Below are positions 38,728 to 47,243 of a DNA stretch of 64,000 nucleotides, one piece after another (position 1 is the stretch's first letter; every line of letters begins with the position of its first letter). The position numbers were made by a program, and so were the translations under genes. The stretch comes from Bacteroidota bacterium (GTDB lineage: Bacteria > Bacteroidota > Bacteroidia > Flavobacteriales > Flavobacteriaceae). Below the pieces are notes generated by a model. The model did not search any database, was not told the DNA's origin, and saw nothing but the letters and a program-made list of their open reading frames with translations. The DNA is taken from contig JBCBSN010000001.1 in the NCBI GenBank assembly GCA_039819225.1, positions 1,969-65,968 of the forward strand, written 5' to 3'.

Positions 38728-39636
38728 ATGCAAATAAGGGAGCATACGGTAAAAGGAATTGATCTTGTTGATGTCCTAGACGCCCAAGACCAACTGTTAT
38801 TACGAGTAGCACCGGGTTTTGGAGCCAAGGTTATGGAACTTAATCTGCCTGTAAAAGGAAATATAGAACCCATTCTTTGGAAGGTCAATTTTGAGGAGCT
38901 CCATACCAATGAATTCGGAAAAAATGATATCCTTTTTCCGTTTCCCAACCGCGTGGAGGATGGCCAGTATGAATATCAGGGAAATCGATATGATTTTCCC
39001 ATCAACGAAAAGGAATACAACAATAGCATTCATGGTTTTGTCCGGGAGAGGGAATTTCACCTAAAGCAGCAAGAAAGCGGGTCGAATGAGGTAAGAATTA
39101 CATTTGAATACCAGTATAAAGGCGAACTGTACTATCCTTTTCCCTTTCACCTTGAAGTAGGTTATACACTGCGGCCCGGGGTTTTTCAAATTTCATTTAC
39201 CATAACCAATATTGGGAATACCACTTTTCCTTACGGATTAGGATGGCACCCCTACTTTGTTCAGGAGGAAAGTGGGGATACCAAGGTACAGCTGCCGGAT
39301 TCTACGGAACATATGGCCGGGGAAAGGTATTTGCCCATTGGAAAAGTCAGTACTTGGAATAAGAGGATGTTTAGACCAGGGGATTCCTTGTATAATGTAA
39401 CCTTGGAATTGGAAGACAGCAGCCCAAGCTACGTATTTTGTTCTGGTCGCAGGGGAGTGAGAATTATCCCCTCCGCCGATTTTGGGTTTTTGCAGATTTA
39501 TACCCCGCCACAAAAAAACGTTATTGCCTTGGAGCCCATGACCTGTGGGATAAACGCCTTTAATACCGGTATTGGGCTAAGGGAGCTCGGAGCAGGGGAT
39601 AGCTTTGATGCGTATGTGGCCATTAACTTGGTTTAG
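38728..39636 (+). CDS. Aldose 1-epimerase (mutarotase) family protein
   Basis: LFPFPNRVEDG, SIHGFV, GLGWHPYF, LQIYTP, IALEPMT. Confidence 0.88.
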   Translation: MQIREHTVKGIDLVDVLDAQDQLLLRVAPGFGAKVMELNLPVKGNIEPILWKVNFEELHTNEFGKNDILFPFPNRVEDGQYEYQGNRYDFPINEKEYNNSIHGFVREREFHLKQQESGSNEVRITFEYQYKGELYYPFPFHLEVGYTLRPGVFQISFTITNIGNTTFPYGLGWHPYFVQEESGDTKVQLPDSTEHMAGERYLPIGKVSTWNKRMFRPGDSLYNVTLELEDSSPSYVFCSGRRGVRIIPSADFGFLQIYTPPQKNVIALEPMTCGINAFNTGIGLRELGAGDSFDAYVAINLV

Positions 39637-39695
39637 CAAGTTGTATGGTGTGGGGTGCCTTGTAGCGATTGATAAAAGTGTACTTTAAAGGGAAA

Positions 39696-39716
39696 ACCGT
39701 ACCGGATAGGTACGGT
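39696..39716. terminator. Hairpin between convergent genes (probable terminator)
   Basis: accgtacc / ggtacggt 8-bp stem with a 5-nt loop. Confidence 0.5.
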
Positions 39717-39788
39717 AACTTGTAGAACTCCTTTTTTGTTCCTACTATAAACAAGGGTCTTGCATCCTACAACTTTATTTTCTTGAAC

Positions 39789-40319
39789 TCAGGACAAGTT
39801 CTTTATCCTATTGGCGAAAAACAAAAAACCTAATCCGCCCAGAACAACAAGGATGCCAGCTACCAGCAAACCTTTGTAAGGATTCTTAAGAAGGGTCATA
39901 AATACGACAAAGGCACCTATGAAATTGATAAGGCCCACGACCAAGCGGGTCGCTAAAATGGATTTGTCGATTTTATATTTGGTGCGCAATACGGAAAAGG
40001 AAAACATGAGTTCAAAAAGGCCGTAGACCATCAGAAAAAAGGTGACAAACTTTAAAAAACCTTCCAGGCTATGGGCCATTGTACCTATGACTACGGCAAA
40101 CGCTATCATACCTAAACCTTGCAATAAATGGAAATTTTTCGCAATGTTATGATGTTTATTGGCCTGGGAAAAAAGGAGGGCGAATATACCTCCGACAAAA
40201 AAACTTAGGGGAACGGCTATTTTTGCGATATGGCCTCCGATGGTTTCTGAAAGGAGCATAATTACTCCTGCTAAGAACATGGATAGTCCGCTAAGGGATA
40301 AATAATTGGTCTTGTTCAT
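39789..40319 (-). CDS. Hypothetical multi-pass membrane protein (HdeD/DUF308-like)
   Basis: 176 aa, about 6 hydrophobic helices; family label tentative. Confidence 0.65.
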   Translation of the reverse strand: MNKTNYLSLSGLSMFLAGVIMLLSETIGGHIAKIAVPLSFFVGGIFALLFSQANKHHNIAKNFHLLQGLGMIAFAVVIGTMAHSLEGFLKFVTFFLMVYGLFELMFSFSVLRTKYKIDKSILATRLVVGLINFIGAFVVFMTLLKNPYKGLLVAGILVVLGGLGFLFFANRIKNLS

Positions 40320-40345
40320 AAGAATGTTTTAAAAGGATTAGTGTT

Positions 40346-41071
40346 TTAAATTTTTTCTCCGTCCACCCAACGCTGCATCATTACCCGTTGTGCGGGTGTT
40401 TGTTGTGTTCCTCCCGCTAGGATGTCCAAGAATTTGTCCCAAAGGGTTTTCTTTTGGGAAGCCTCTTTTTTGAGTTGTTCATAAGCGCGCATGTATTCCT
40501 CCGTGTACCGTTGTGCTTCCTGGTTTGTATAGACCAAAGGGATGTGCTTAAGGATACTATCATTAAGTTGATCCACTTCTTTCGGATCATGATTTTGTAT
40601 CATTTGCAACTGCATGCTACAGGCATACGCTTCGTTTTTAATAGCTTCATGTTTTTCGTCAATTCGCCGCCAAAGATCTTCCCAAGAGGCCGTTTCGTTT
40701 TCTGGCATGGCTTTTAGACCCAAGGATTTCATTTGTTCATATAACTCCTCGACATGCTCCACATATTTGGGATAATGGTTCCAGTCATCCGCAATGTTTC
40801 CGGCCTTTTTCTCCCTTATCTTGGATATGGCCTCGGCCATGATTTGTTTTAGCTTTTGAATAGTTTCAGAATAATCGTTCATTTTTTCCAACCATTCTTT
40901 TCGGGTATCTTCCGATGCGAAATTTGTTATTTGGGAAGTAGCCTTCTCTAAATCTGTGGATAGTTCGGATCCCAAGGTTTTCATGGAGCTCCAGTTTTCG
41001 GAAGTGGCCTTGGCCAAGTGCCGTATGGATACCACGGCCTGTATTACGGGATTGAATTCATGTTCGTTCAT
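40346..41071 (-). CDS. Hypothetical all-helical cytoplasmic protein
   Basis: 241 aa ATG ORF, charged amphipathic helices, no recognisable motif. Confidence 0.7.
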   Translation of the reverse strand: MNEHEFNPVIQAVVSIRHLAKATSENWSSMKTLGSELSTDLEKATSQITNFASEDTRKEWLEKMNDYSETIQKLKQIMAEAISKIREKKAGNIADDWNHYPKYVEHVEELYEQMKSLGLKAMPENETASWEDLWRRIDEKHEAIKNEAYACSMQLQMIQNHDPKEVDQLNDSILKHIPLVYTNQEAQRYTEEYMRAYEQLKKEASQKKTLWDKFLDILAGGTQQTPAQRVMMQRWVDGEKI

Positions 41072-41128
41072 CTAATTTGTGTTTTGGATTCTTAAAATAG
41101 AGCGATTGAAATAATTCTTTTGTAAGGA

Positions 41129-42430
41129 TTACCGGAATGCAAATTCCTCGTCATAGATATTTTCACGGGCAACACCTTCTTGACGGAGTTGTTTTGCGAT
41201 GCTATTTTTTAGGTTTTCCGGGCCGCAGATAAGAAAGGACTTTTGTTCTGGTTGCCGTATACCCATATCGTTAACAGAAAGGTGGCCACGTTCTTTGGAT
41301 TGCCACAGAATAAATTGAAATAATGGGTTCTTTTGGGCCAAGGATGCAAAATGGTTCCTGTAAGGTGCCCCGGAAGCATCTGATACGCACCAAAACAAAG
41401 TGACCTTCTGGGGGTAGTAATCGTGTATCAAAGAAAGGAAAGGGGTTATACCTATACCTCCGGCAATCCAGATCTGTTCCTTCTCCTTGGAATAGGCACT
41501 AGAGAACTTGCCGTACGGCCCTTCTACCTTAACGTTGTCTCCCGTTGAGAGTTTTTCGGAAAGGGAACGGGTATAATCGCCTAAACCTTTTACAGTTACC
41601 TTAAGATTCTCTTCCAACGGATGGCTGCTTATGGTAAAGGGATGTTGCTCCGTTTTGCTCACTGAAGGGAAGGTAAAAAAAGCAAACTGGCCGGCCTTGA
41701 AGGAAAGTTTTATATTTTTTGGGCTTAGCGTTAGTTCCGTTACCCCGTTGCCCAGATCCTTTATTTGGCCTACGGTATAGTCCAGCTTTTTACGGAACAA
41801 TGAAAACAAAAAGGCCCTATACACCCAAGCCGCTATACCTACAAAGGCCATCCCAAAAACATAGACACGGGTAATGGGAAGTTCCTTGATAAGGCTGTCC
41901 ACCAAAATACCATGTGCCACGCCCATCATATAGAAGACGCCCATAAGTTTGTGGAAGTTGATCCATTTGTGATAGGGAATCTTTCTTTTAAAAATGGGAG
42001 CTGCGGAAAGAATCACCCCAATAATGATCAAAATAAAGGCATAAAACCCAAGGGGTTTGCCCACATTGAACTCCACCAGGTCCCGGGGAACAATTAAAAA
42101 ATGGGCCAACAACAGGAACACGGCAATGACCCCTGATCGGCGATGGATAAGGTACATTTTGTCCAGCCCTCCAAAAAGGCTTTCCACCCATTTGGCGCGT
42201 GTGGCCATTAAGAAGTTAAAAGCAAAAACGGTTACCACCCAGGAGGAGAAAACCTCCCCCAGGATACGATGCGGGTTTTTCCAGGATACCTCCCTGAGTT
42301 CTCCAAATAGCAAAGTATCGGAAGAAACCTCTTTAAAACTACCTTCGTAGAAATAGAGGTCAATGATCCAAAAAATAAAATGGATTCCAACAATTATGGG
42401 AAAATATACTTCCTGTTTAAGATGCCTCAT
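41129..42430 (-). CDS. Ferric-reductase-like TM domain fused to an FAD/NAD(P)H ferredoxin-reductase domain
   Basis: TM His pairs HRRSG/AHFL and FHKLMG/AHG; HPFTISS, EGPYGKF, AGGIGITPF, CGP, EEFAFR. Confidence 0.88.
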   Translation of the reverse strand: MRHLKQEVYFPIIVGIHFIFWIIDLYFYEGSFKEVSSDTLLFGELREVSWKNPHRILGEVFSSWVVTVFAFNFLMATRAKWVESLFGGLDKMYLIHRRSGVIAVFLLLAHFLIVPRDLVEFNVGKPLGFYAFILIIIGVILSAAPIFKRKIPYHKWINFHKLMGVFYMMGVAHGILVDSLIKELPITRVYVFGMAFVGIAAWVYRAFLFSLFRKKLDYTVGQIKDLGNGVTELTLSPKNIKLSFKAGQFAFFTFPSVSKTEQHPFTISSHPLEENLKVTVKGLGDYTRSLSEKLSTGDNVKVEGPYGKFSSAYSKEKEQIWIAGGIGITPFLSLIHDYYPQKVTLFWCVSDASGAPYRNHFASLAQKNPLFQFILWQSKERGHLSVNDMGIRQPEQKSFLICGPENLKNSIAKQLRQEGVARENIYDEEFAFR

Positions 42431-42449
42431 GCCTAAGTTTTGGACAAAC

Positions 42450-43217
42450 CTAGAGCTTCTTAATATTCTTCAATTGTATAAATTGGTCATTTTGCCTTTT
42501 GTGCAATATGGAAGGGGTATGGCCTGTATGTTTTTTGACTTCGCGAATAAAATGGGCCTGGTCATAAAAGCCTTTTTCAGGAAAAAATTCCCCTTCCCTA
42601 ATGTGTAGATAGGCCCGGTAGCACTTTTGGACATTGAGGTATTTTTTCAAGGAAATACCCATATAGGTATTGAGGTACCGGTTTATTTCGCGCTGGGACC
42701 AATAAATTTGATCGGCTACTTCGGAGGCTTGAAGGTCTCCGTAGGTGCCATAGAGCAATTGGCTTAGTCGGAGTCTATTTGCCCTTATTTCGTTAGGAGG
42801 CGGCAATTGTTTCAAGAAAACGGCTTCCAGTTGTTTCGCCAATTCCATAAATGAATCAAAATGAAGTCCTTTAATGCCAAGATAGTCAACATCCAATTGT
42901 TCCACGGAATTAAGAATGGACCGGATTTCCCTTTTTAAGATATACTCCGGCGCGAGGATCCTGAATTTCACCCCATAGGTGATTACCCCTGGGGGGATTA
43001 CGATTTCAACTTCCTTCATCCATAGACCCGTTAAGAAGTAGGCCGAAATTTCCCCTTCCTTAAGCTGAATGATAAGTTTAAAATACCCATCCGGACAAAT
43101 GGTCATCGTATTCGGGGTATCTGAGGTGTTTTGTGAGGAAAAATAGAGGGAGATAAAATCTTCCAGTTCAGGGGAAGGATAAATCTCCGAATAGATATGG
43201 TTGGTTTTAGGGGGCAT
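42450..43217 (-). CDS. AraC-like transcriptional regulator (DUF6597-type N-domain)
   Basis: ICPDGYFKLII; R.INRYLNTYMGISLKKY; GFYDQAHFIREVKKHTGHTP. Confidence 0.85.
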   Translation of the reverse strand: MPPKTNHIYSEIYPSPELEDFISLYFSSQNTSDTPNTMTICPDGYFKLIIQLKEGEISAYFLTGLWMKEVEIVIPPGVITYGVKFRILAPEYILKREIRSILNSVEQLDVDYLGIKGLHFDSFMELAKQLEAVFLKQLPPPNEIRANRLRLSQLLYGTYGDLQASEVADQIYWSQREINRYLNTYMGISLKKYLNVQKCYRAYLHIREGEFFPEKGFYDQAHFIREVKKHTGHTPSILHKRQNDQFIQLKNIKKL

Positions 43218-43252
43218 TATCCAAGGTTGTCAGGCTAATAGTGGCATGGACG

Positions 43253-43481
43253 TCATAAGCTCCGTAAGATAATTATTCTACAACTAATGAACCACAAGGC
43301 CAAGGCATAAAACAAAAGGAAAGCAATGATTTGGGGGAGTGCAACCTTTGGTCTAAAAGAAACCAAAGGCCGCAAGGATCAGGCCTACCACCACAGCCAA
43401 AAGTATGCCTATTAGGACCAATACCATGACGCTAAGGAAGGCGTTCAGGACCTTGGTCCCGAAAGAAATGTGATGTTCCAT
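43253..43481 (-). pseudogene. Frameshifted small membrane-protein gene not in the ORF track
   Basis: Manual translation: ATG 43481 gives MEHHISFGTKVLNAFLSVMVLVLIGILLAVVVGLILAAFGFF* (TAG 43353-43355). The +1 frame continues RPKVALPQIIAFLLFYALALWFISCRIIILRSL* (TGA 43253-43255). Confidence 0.5.
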
Positions 43482-43683
43482 AGTGTGTTTATTTACTGTA
43501 ATATAGGGAATTAAGACCTAAAATCCTCGGATTTAGGTATTTATTTCGACTAAGTGCCCTGGATTTAGTATGTATGACCGGTATATGGTCAATCTTTTCG
43601 ATATACGGTCAAGCGTGGCAATAGGACATCAAAACAACCCAAGGCATACAATCGAAACAACCGGTTAAGGAGAAATTGCCCTA

Positions 43684-45036
43684 TTACCCCTTTTGGCCTC
43701 CACTCAGTTTTTTGCTCAATTCTTCCAGCGAAACCCCTTTGGTCTCCGGCATCATAAAGAGTACAAATAGTAACTGCAGTACCATCATGCCCGCAAAGAA
43801 GATAAATATAGGCCAAGGATTGTCCTTAAAGATGCCTTTTTCGGCATCCAGGAAAATAGGGGTGACCAAGGTAATAAGTGCGGCAAACACCCAATGGGTT
43901 CCTGTGCCCCACGACTGCCCGAAAGCACGGATTTTGTTAGGAAATATTTCCGAGATAAATACCCAGATGACCGCGCCCTGTCCTACGGCATGCGAGGCAA
44001 TAAAGACAAGCACAAAGGTGAGGAGTAGGGATGGCCCCGCCCCACTGTAAAAACACCAGCCTACCATGGCCAGACTAACAATATAGCCCACGGAGCCTAT
44101 TTTCATCAATTGTTTCCTTCCCAGCCGATCGATAAGCCAAACCCCCACAAAGGTGAAAATAAGGTTTACCAGGCCTATTGAAATGGAGCTAAACAGGGAT
44201 TCCTGAGAGGCAAGACCGGCCCTTTCCAGAATCTCCGGGGCGTAGTATAGCACAAAGTTAATACCCGAAAGCTGATTAAAAAACGCGATCAAAAATGCCA
44301 GTATCAAAGGTGTTTTATATCTGCCTGAAAAAAGATTTTCCTTGGGTTGGTCCCCTGGGTTGAATTTTTCGATTTCGGCAAGCTTTTCCTGGGCCTCATT
44401 TTCAGGAAAGAGCATCCGTAAGGTGCTCAGGGCCCCTTCCTTGTCGTTTTTGGTAATGGCCAGCCATCTGGGGCTTTTGGGTATTTGGAGCACCATAACC
44501 GTATATAGGATTGCGGGGATGGCCTCAACGCCCAACATCCAACGCCAGTCATTGGATCCCCCGAAACCTTGTAGCAAATAATTGGATATAAAGGCGATCA
44601 AGATGCCCAAGACCAGATTAAATTGATACAAGGCACCGAGCTTTCCCCGATTTTCTGGGGAAGAGATTTCCGAAATATAAATAGGGGCGGCCACGGAAGA
44701 GGCTCCAACACCGAGTCCCCCGATAAACCTGAAAAAGGAAAAGGTGTACGGGTCTCCTGCCAATGCAGAACCCAGTGCGGAGGCCGCATAGAGAATACCG
44801 ATCCAAAAAAGCGTTTTCTTTCTGCCCAGACGGTCACAGGGAATACCGCCAAAAAGAGATCCGATGACCGTTCCCCAGAGCGCCATGGACATGATAAAAA
44901 TACCATGAAATACCGGTGAGGTATTCCAAAGTTCCTTGATAGGGAGGTTGGCCCCACTGATAACTACGGTATCAAAGCCAAAAAGAAAGCCGGACAAGGC
45001 GGCGGTAAGGGAAATTCTAAAAAGTCTGGATTGCAT
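43684..45036 (-). CDS. MFS sugar porter
   Basis: SGFLFGFDTVVISGA, DRLGRK, PIYISE, PKSPRWL, NQLSGINFVLYY, PETKGVSLEE. Confidence 0.93.
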   Translation of the reverse strand: MQSRLFRISLTAALSGFLFGFDTVVISGANLPIKELWNTSPVFHGIFIMSMALWGTVIGSLFGGIPCDRLGRKKTLFWIGILYAASALGSALAGDPYTFSFFRFIGGLGVGASSVAAPIYISEISSPENRGKLGALYQFNLVLGILIAFISNYLLQGFGGSNDWRWMLGVEAIPAILYTVMVLQIPKSPRWLAITKNDKEGALSTLRMLFPENEAQEKLAEIEKFNPGDQPKENLFSGRYKTPLILAFLIAFFNQLSGINFVLYYAPEILERAGLASQESLFSSISIGLVNLIFTFVGVWLIDRLGRKQLMKIGSVGYIVSLAMVGWCFYSGAGPSLLLTFVLVFIASHAVGQGAVIWVFISEIFPNKIRAFGQSWGTGTHWVFAALITLVTPIFLDAEKGIFKDNPWPIFIFFAGMMVLQLLFVLFMMPETKGVSLEELSKKLSGGQKG

Positions 45037-45655
45037 TGGTTTTTGGATTTCGGTAAAACTAACGAAAAATTACAAAAAGATTCCAGGGAACACCACAACT
45101 TGGTGTACTGTCAATTTCACTTTTTTTGAAATTTTCCAACGTTATGATGGTACCTGAGTAGGCCTGGTTTCTTACTGAAAGGACGGGATACTATTTTTGA
45201 GGATCCGGGCGGTTCCTCTCTTCGGACAAGGTAAGGAACCGTTCCAAGTCCCGTTCAAATTTTGAGGTTGTCCGGACGGTTTTCCAAATGGTCCGTTCGT
45301 TCTATTTTATGGATTAGGGTGGTCGGTCGTGTGTTCCTTCTCTTGGCCAAGGGAAGGTGGGGCCACCTTTTGGCGGACTCGGAAGGGATTGAGGTCCAGA
45401 TCCATGATCTTATACCAATTCGATATACAAAACCGGTCAAAGAAAATGGGTTATTTTTTTGTAGGGCGAAAAAGAAAATCCAAGCATAGCAAGAGCTACG
45501 TTTGTATTTTATTTTGAAGCACAACGGAAAAAGAGACGTTTTATAGATCGATTTTGTATGTTGAATTAGTATTATAGGTGCGGTCTCCTCCTTTTCCCTA
45601 AGGATGTAAGCCTAAAGCCACTGTTGCTTACAAAAAAGAGGGACATGAGGTACTC

Positions 45656-45889
45656 TTATAGGAGTGCCATCTTGGGTTTTAAACTGTCCATGGGATGGCT
45701 CTTTCTCTTTTTCTGAAAAGTGCTGTCCGGTATTTGTAAAGGTTTGTTCCGTAAGGAATCATATTTTTTGGGGGAGCTTGGGGAGGGTTCCTGTGGATTG
45801 GATTTACGGCTTTCCCCTAAATTCTCACCACAAGAAAACGGCAAAACCCAGAAGCAGCTAATAAGGATAAGGGAAAGGGCAATTCTCAT
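45656..45889 (-). CDS. Small putative lipoprotein
   Basis: 77 aa; hydrophobic leader ending LPFSC, then a low-complexity polar tail; 24 nt downstream of waaA. Confidence 0.5.
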   Translation of the reverse strand: MRIALSLILISCFWVLPFSCGENLGESRKSNPQEPSPSSPKKYDSLRNKPLQIPDSTFQKKRKSHPMDSLKPKMALL

Positions 45890-45913
45890 AAATGGATGGA
45901 ACTTTGCGAACTC

Positions 45914-47149
45914 CTATAACAATGTACGGAGATACTGCATAATTTGGACGCTGGCCCCTAGCTTTTCGGCCACATAGGAACCATTGATTTGGCCTATTTC
46001 CTTGCGATAGTCCCTATGGCTAACCAAACGGTTCATCAGTTGAGCGTACGCCTTTTTGGTATCCACGACGAGTATACCGCCCCGTTGTACCAAATCTTCA
46101 ACCTCCTTGAACCCCTCATATTTGGGGCCAACGAGTACGGGAATCCCAAAAACGGCAGGCTCAAGGGTATTGTGAAGTCCGGTAGCAAAGCCTCCGCCCA
46201 CATAAGCCGTATGGGCATAGCGATATATTTTGGTCAATAACCCAATGGTATCTACAATAAGCACGTCATAATCGGAAAGCGAATTGTTTTCGATCTCGGA
46301 GTGGCGTATCGCCTTTTTTTGTATCGTACTTTTCAGCGTGAGGATGTGTTCCGGCTTTATGTTATGGGGTGCCAGCACATATTTTATTTTTAGATTGCTG
46401 GAATTGATGTGCGCCACCAGGATTTTTTCGTCCTCGGGCCAGGTACTGCCGGCCACTAGGCAAAAATGGTCTTTGGCAAAGGTTTCCATGAAATCTAAAA
46501 GATTTTGCTGCTCCAAGATTTGCGATACCCTATCAAACCGGGTATCCCCACTAATCCTAACATTTTGTATACCAATGGATTCCAGCAGTTTCATGGATAT
46601 TTGATCCTGGACGAAAATAGCCTCGAAATTCCGGAGTGCCCCTCTCATAAATCCACCATAAGGCTTAAAATAGATTTTCTTTCTATGGAAAATCGCAGAA
46701 ATCAGCAGTGTGGGTATTTGTCTTTCCGAAAGTTGCCGTAAATAGTTGGGCCACACCTCGTATTTCACGAATAGGGCCAATACCGGATTAACTATATTCA
46801 AAAATTGTACAGCGTTCTGGTGAGTATCCATGGGAAGATAGGCCACAATATCGGCTGAGGGCGTATTCTTTTTCACCTCAAATCCGGAAGGGGAGAAAAA
46901 AGTGACCAGGAGTTTATGAAAAGGGTAGGCCGCTCGCATTTTCTCCAATACGGGGAGTCCCTGTTCAAACTCTCCCAGGGAGGCTACGTGCATCCAAATG
47001 ATTTTGTCTTCAGGGGAAATGGCATTTTGCAAATCTTCAAAGACGGTGTCCCTACCCCTGACAAAACGTTTGATCTTCGGGTTAAAAATTGCAATAACCT
47101 TGAGCAGGCCCCAAGATATCGTAACTGCTATGGAATAGATAAGGTACAC
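45914..47149 (-). CDS. waaA: 3-deoxy-D-manno-octulosonic acid (Kdo) transferase
   Basis: IWMHVASLGEF, LLVTFFSPSG, FVKYEVWPN, GDTRFDRV, AGSTWPEDE, HNTLEPAVFG. Confidence 0.95.
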   Translation of the reverse strand: MYLIYSIAVTISWGLLKVIAIFNPKIKRFVRGRDTVFEDLQNAISPEDKIIWMHVASLGEFEQGLPVLEKMRAAYPFHKLLVTFFSPSGFEVKKNTPSADIVAYLPMDTHQNAVQFLNIVNPVLALFVKYEVWPNYLRQLSERQIPTLLISAIFHRKKIYFKPYGGFMRGALRNFEAIFVQDQISMKLLESIGIQNVRISGDTRFDRVSQILEQQNLLDFMETFAKDHFCLVAGSTWPEDEKILVAHINSSNLKIKYVLAPHNIKPEHILTLKSTIQKKAIRHSEIENNSLSDYDVLIVDTIGLLTKIYRYAHTAYVGGGFATGLHNTLEPAVFGIPVLVGPKYEGFKEVEDLVQRGGILVVDTKKAYAQLMNRLVSHRDYRKEIGQINGSYVAEKLGASVQIMQYLRTLL

Positions 47150-47166
47150 CCAAAAATCCTTTACGA

Positions 47167-47224
47167 CAAAATTACGGTTCTTTGGTCAAATGGATATTTA
47201 GGCTGGGCTTATTTTGTAACTTTG
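47167..47224. promoter_or_regulatory. Divergent -7 promoter elements for waaA (47167-47174, minus) and the DegT gene (47217-47224, plus)
   Basis: TAATTTTG and TAACTTTG both match TAnnTTTG, 17 and 19 nt from the respective start codons. Confidence 0.5.
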
Positions 47225-47243
47225 CGCCCTGAATACATGAGTT

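Noticed and set aside
26844-39636. Canonical carrageenan PUL (three GH127 plus dehydratase and dehydrogenase)
   Set aside because: No sulfatases, GH16/GH82 carrageenases or aldehyde-dehydrogenase-type DauA in the window, and the transporter is starch-type.
45255-45524. Short ORFs in the 45.0-45.6 kb gap (75-89 aa, plus a 32-aa MDLDLNPF.. frame)
   Set aside because: Overlapping on both strands, no motif or convincing start; not recognisable as a transposase remnant.
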